A stretch of DNA of 64,000 nucleotides from Pseudomonadota bacterium (GTDB lineage Bacteria; Desulfobacterota; Syntrophia; Syntrophales; UBA8958), in NCBI GenBank assembly GCA_030057915.1, contig JASGUC010000057.1:48841-112840 (forward strand), given 5' to 3'. Below, one piece after another: positions 62,301 to 64,000 of the stretch; position 1 is the stretch's first letter; each line of letters starts with the position of its first letter. A model generated the notes under the pieces. It did no database searches and had not been told where the DNA came from. It was given only the letters and a program-made list of their open reading frames with translations. The translations under genes and the position numbers were made by a program.

Positions 62301-62479
62301 GAGACCCTTGAAGATATGCCCTTTCCTGTCGCCCCGGCAAAAGGCCGGGGTCCGGGACATCGGGCAGGCACAGGGGCCTGCCATACATCGGGCAGGCACA
62401 GGGGCCTGCCCCTACACAATCTTCCGGCTTCCGCCGGCATGGCGATGGGACGCCTGAGGCGGCGGCTTTCAGAGGTCTC
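62301..62479. mobile_element. 179-bp subfamily D element with two 28-bp hairpin units; overlaps the ribD 3' end
   Basis: GAGACCCTTGAAGA ... GCTTTCAGAGGTCTC. About 110 bp are near-identical to 60931-61070 except for unit number. Confidence 0.7.
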
Positions 62480-63584
62480 GCCCTGGCGCTTCCGCCGGGG
62501 CGATCACCCCGGTGCAGAGGATGTCCGGACCGAGGCGGCGCCATTGCGTCGCCGTGAGTTGCAGGGCCTGGTCCATGACGGCGAGCCCCAAGTCGCCCAC
62601 GGCCTCCACGCCCTGGCCGATGATCTTCGGCGCCACGACGACGGCGAGGCGGTCCGCCAGTCTCTCCCGGAGCACCGAGGTGATGGTGGCGCCGCCCCCC
62701 TCGACCAGGACGGAGGTGACGCCCCGCCGACCCAGTTCCCGGAACAGCTCCGGCAGGTCGATCCCCCCCGGCGCGGCGGCGACCTGGAGCGTTTCCACGC
62801 CCCGGCCGGCCAGGGCCCGCAATCTCTCCTCCGGGGCCCCCACGGTGGCCACGACCAGGGTCGGCGCCTGGTTCTGGTTCCGGAAGACGCCGGCTTCAAG
62901 CGGGACTTCCAGACGGCTGTCCAGGACGATCCGCAGGGGATTCCTTCCCCGGACCAGACGAACCGTCAGTTCGGGATTGTCAAGGCGCGCCGTGCCGGCC
63001 CCGACGAGCACCGCATCGTGGACGCTCCGCAGGCGGTGGGCGTAGCGCCGGGCCGGAAGCGAGCTTATCCACCGGGAATGGCCTCCCGCCGTCGCGATGC
63101 GGCCATCGAGGGTCTGGGCGTATTTCAGGGTGACGAAGGGCAGGCCGGTGGTCATGTATTTGAAGAACTTTTCGTTGAGCCGGCGGCATTCCTCCTCCCG
63201 GATGCCGACGATGGTTTCGATGCCCTGGGCCCGCAGGGCCGCCACCCCCCGGCCGGCGACCGCGGGATTAGGGTCGATGACGCCGATCACCACCCGGGCC
63301 GGTCGCTCCCCGATCAAGGCCTGGACGCAAGGGGGCGTCCGTCCCTGGTGGGCGCATGGCTCCAGGGTGATGTAGAACGTGGCGCCGGGTATGGGTTCCC
63401 GGGCATTGCGGATGGCGTTGATCTCCGCATGGTTCTCCCCGCAGCAGGCATGATAGCCTTCTCCGATGATCCGGCCGTCCTTGACGATGACGGCGCCGAC
63501 CATGGGATTGGGGCTTGCCCGCCCCTCGCCCTTTCGGGCCAGCCGTAGCGCCCGGTCCATGAAACGTTCGTGATCTTCCCGCAT
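62469..63584 (-). CDS. ribD: Bifunctional riboflavin biosynthesis protein RibD (pyrimidine deaminase / uracil reductase)
   Basis: MREDHERFMDRALRLARKGEGRASPNPMVGAVIV...HAEINAI...TLEPCAHQGRTPPC; 371 aa. Confidence 0.93.
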   Translation of the reverse strand: MREDHERFMDRALRLARKGEGRASPNPMVGAVIVKDGRIIGEGYHACCGENHAEINAIRNAREPIPGATFYITLEPCAHQGRTPPCVQALIGERPARVVIGVIDPNPAVAGRGVAALRAQGIETIVGIREEECRRLNEKFFKYMTTGLPFVTLKYAQTLDGRIATAGGHSRWISSLPARRYAHRLRSVHDAVLVGAGTARLDNPELTVRLVRGRNPLRIVLDSRLEVPLEAGVFRNQNQAPTLVVATVGAPEERLRALAGRGVETLQVAAAPGGIDLPELFRELGRRGVTSVLVEGGGATITSVLRERLADRLAVVVAPKIIGQGVEAVGDLGLAVMDQALQLTATQWRRLGPDILCTGVIAPAEAPGRDL

Positions 63585-63673
63585 CGACTAAACCCCTTGG
63601 ATGCCTCCCGTTGGTACCGATCCGTCCCTATAACACTTCCGAAGAAGGATTTACACCCCCAAGTCCAGGGCGG

Positions 63674-63777
63674 CAGGGTAAATTTCTTCTCAATGTAAGT
63701 AGTTGATCTTGAATGAGCTACTAAAAGTGAGGCACGTCCTGTTTTCAGCCACTTAGAGATAGAACAAATTTACCGTG
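63674..63777. mobile_element. 104-bp AT-rich TIR element, third family, flanked by the 10-bp direct repeat TCCAGGGCGG
   Basis: CAGGGTAAATTT at 63674-63685 pairs with AAATTTACCGTG at 63766-63777 (11/12 as an inverted repeat). TCCAGGGCGG occurs at 63664-63673 and 63778-63787. Confidence 0.6.
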
Positions 63778-63841
63778 TCCAGGGCGGGTCCGCTCTTCCC
63801 GCCGGCCCTCGATATCCTGTGATTGCAAAAGATAAGGAAAC

Positions 63842-63889
63842 CCGCGTCTATTGCAAGACTCGTCCGATTGGCCGCGTCTATTGCAAGAC
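63842..63889. repeat. Two identical 18-bp direct repeats with 30-bp period (possible tandem protein-binding sites)
   Basis: CCGCGTCTATTGCAAGAC at 63842-63859 and 63872-63889. Confidence 0.6.
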
Positions 63890-63903
63890 GGGATCGAGAA
63901 AGA

Positions 63904-64000
63904 GAGGCCTCAAAAGCGATTTCCGGTGGCGTTGCCATTGGCTCGCCCGTCATAGTTCGGCTTATTTTGTGCGTAACCAATCCGCCCTGCCCCCAAAAGT
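63904..64000. repeat. Probable further member of the mosaic family, truncated by the window edge
   Basis: GAGGCCTCAAAAGCGATTTCCGG...CGCCCGTCATAG resembles a subfamily A left arm. The right end is not visible. Confidence 0.3.

Noticed and set aside
62196-62399. N-terminal 68-codon extension of the amine-dehydrogenase ORF. Analogous extensions occur at 54787-55035, 54679-54831, 58290-58454 and 25913-26158.
   Set aside because: The extensions run through repeat elements or the upstream gene. Internal ATGs with SD sequences give N-termini matching the expected protein families.
63753-63980. 75-aa minus-strand ORF at the window edge.
   Set aside because: It spans the 18-bp direct repeats and a repeat-family fragment. 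It has no SD and no recognisable motif.
63585-64000. FMN (RFN) riboswitch upstream of ribD, suggested by GGGGCAGGGCGG (minus strand, near 63990) and CAGGGCGGCAGGGTAAATTTC.
   Set aside because: After GGGGCAGGG the conserved TGAAATTCCC..ACCGGCGGT and the 3' GGATGGGAGAAG segments are absent. The best fragment is about 400 nt from the start codon. The second fragment is explained by the TIR and duplication of the AT-rich insert. cmscan would be needed to overturn this.

Overview
GC-rich bacterial chromosomal segment. Gene content suggests a Deltaproteobacteria-like anaerobe, but that is inference only. Bases 1-25.4 kb are a + strand housekeeping block: the 3' end of rpoC, then rpsL-rpsG-tuf (no fusA), then the S10, spc and alpha ribosomal-protein operons through rplQ (no adk between secY and map). 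After these come a small EF-Tu-domain-2-like protein, folC, lptD, rplM-rpsI, argC and cysS. Bases 25.4-64 kb are a patchwork of short transcription units. They include a TolC/adaptor/ABC efflux set, a BKACE enzyme, a beta-CASP nuclease, a TonB-like protein, tadA and two tRNA-Ser genes. Next is a five-gene cluster ending in an AmmeMemoRadiSam triad whose components all carry export signals. Further on are a Kef-type antiporter, a membrane-fused spermidine-synthase-like protein, nrfHA plus a cupin, and a GNAT-MFS pair. The window ends with several tiny genes, an ArfB-like factor, a NusG paralog heading a four-subunit 2-oxoacid:ferredoxin oxidoreductase-ACT operon, an amine-dehydrogenase-family gene and ribD. 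The main signal not explained by gene calls is a dense family of about 133-bp mosaic elements with inverted termini GAGRCCTTTGAAAA / TTTTCAAAGGYCTC. They occupy almost every intergenic gap after 25.4 kb, and one copy sits inside the ribosomal cluster. Two copies are split exactly at their centre by nested insertions with 5-bp direct duplications, one of them from a second, unrelated TIR family. A third, AT-rich TIR element lies upstream of ribD. No transposase, CRISPR array, rRNA or prophage is present. Many long ORFs in the track are antisense or alternate-frame artefacts of the high GC content.
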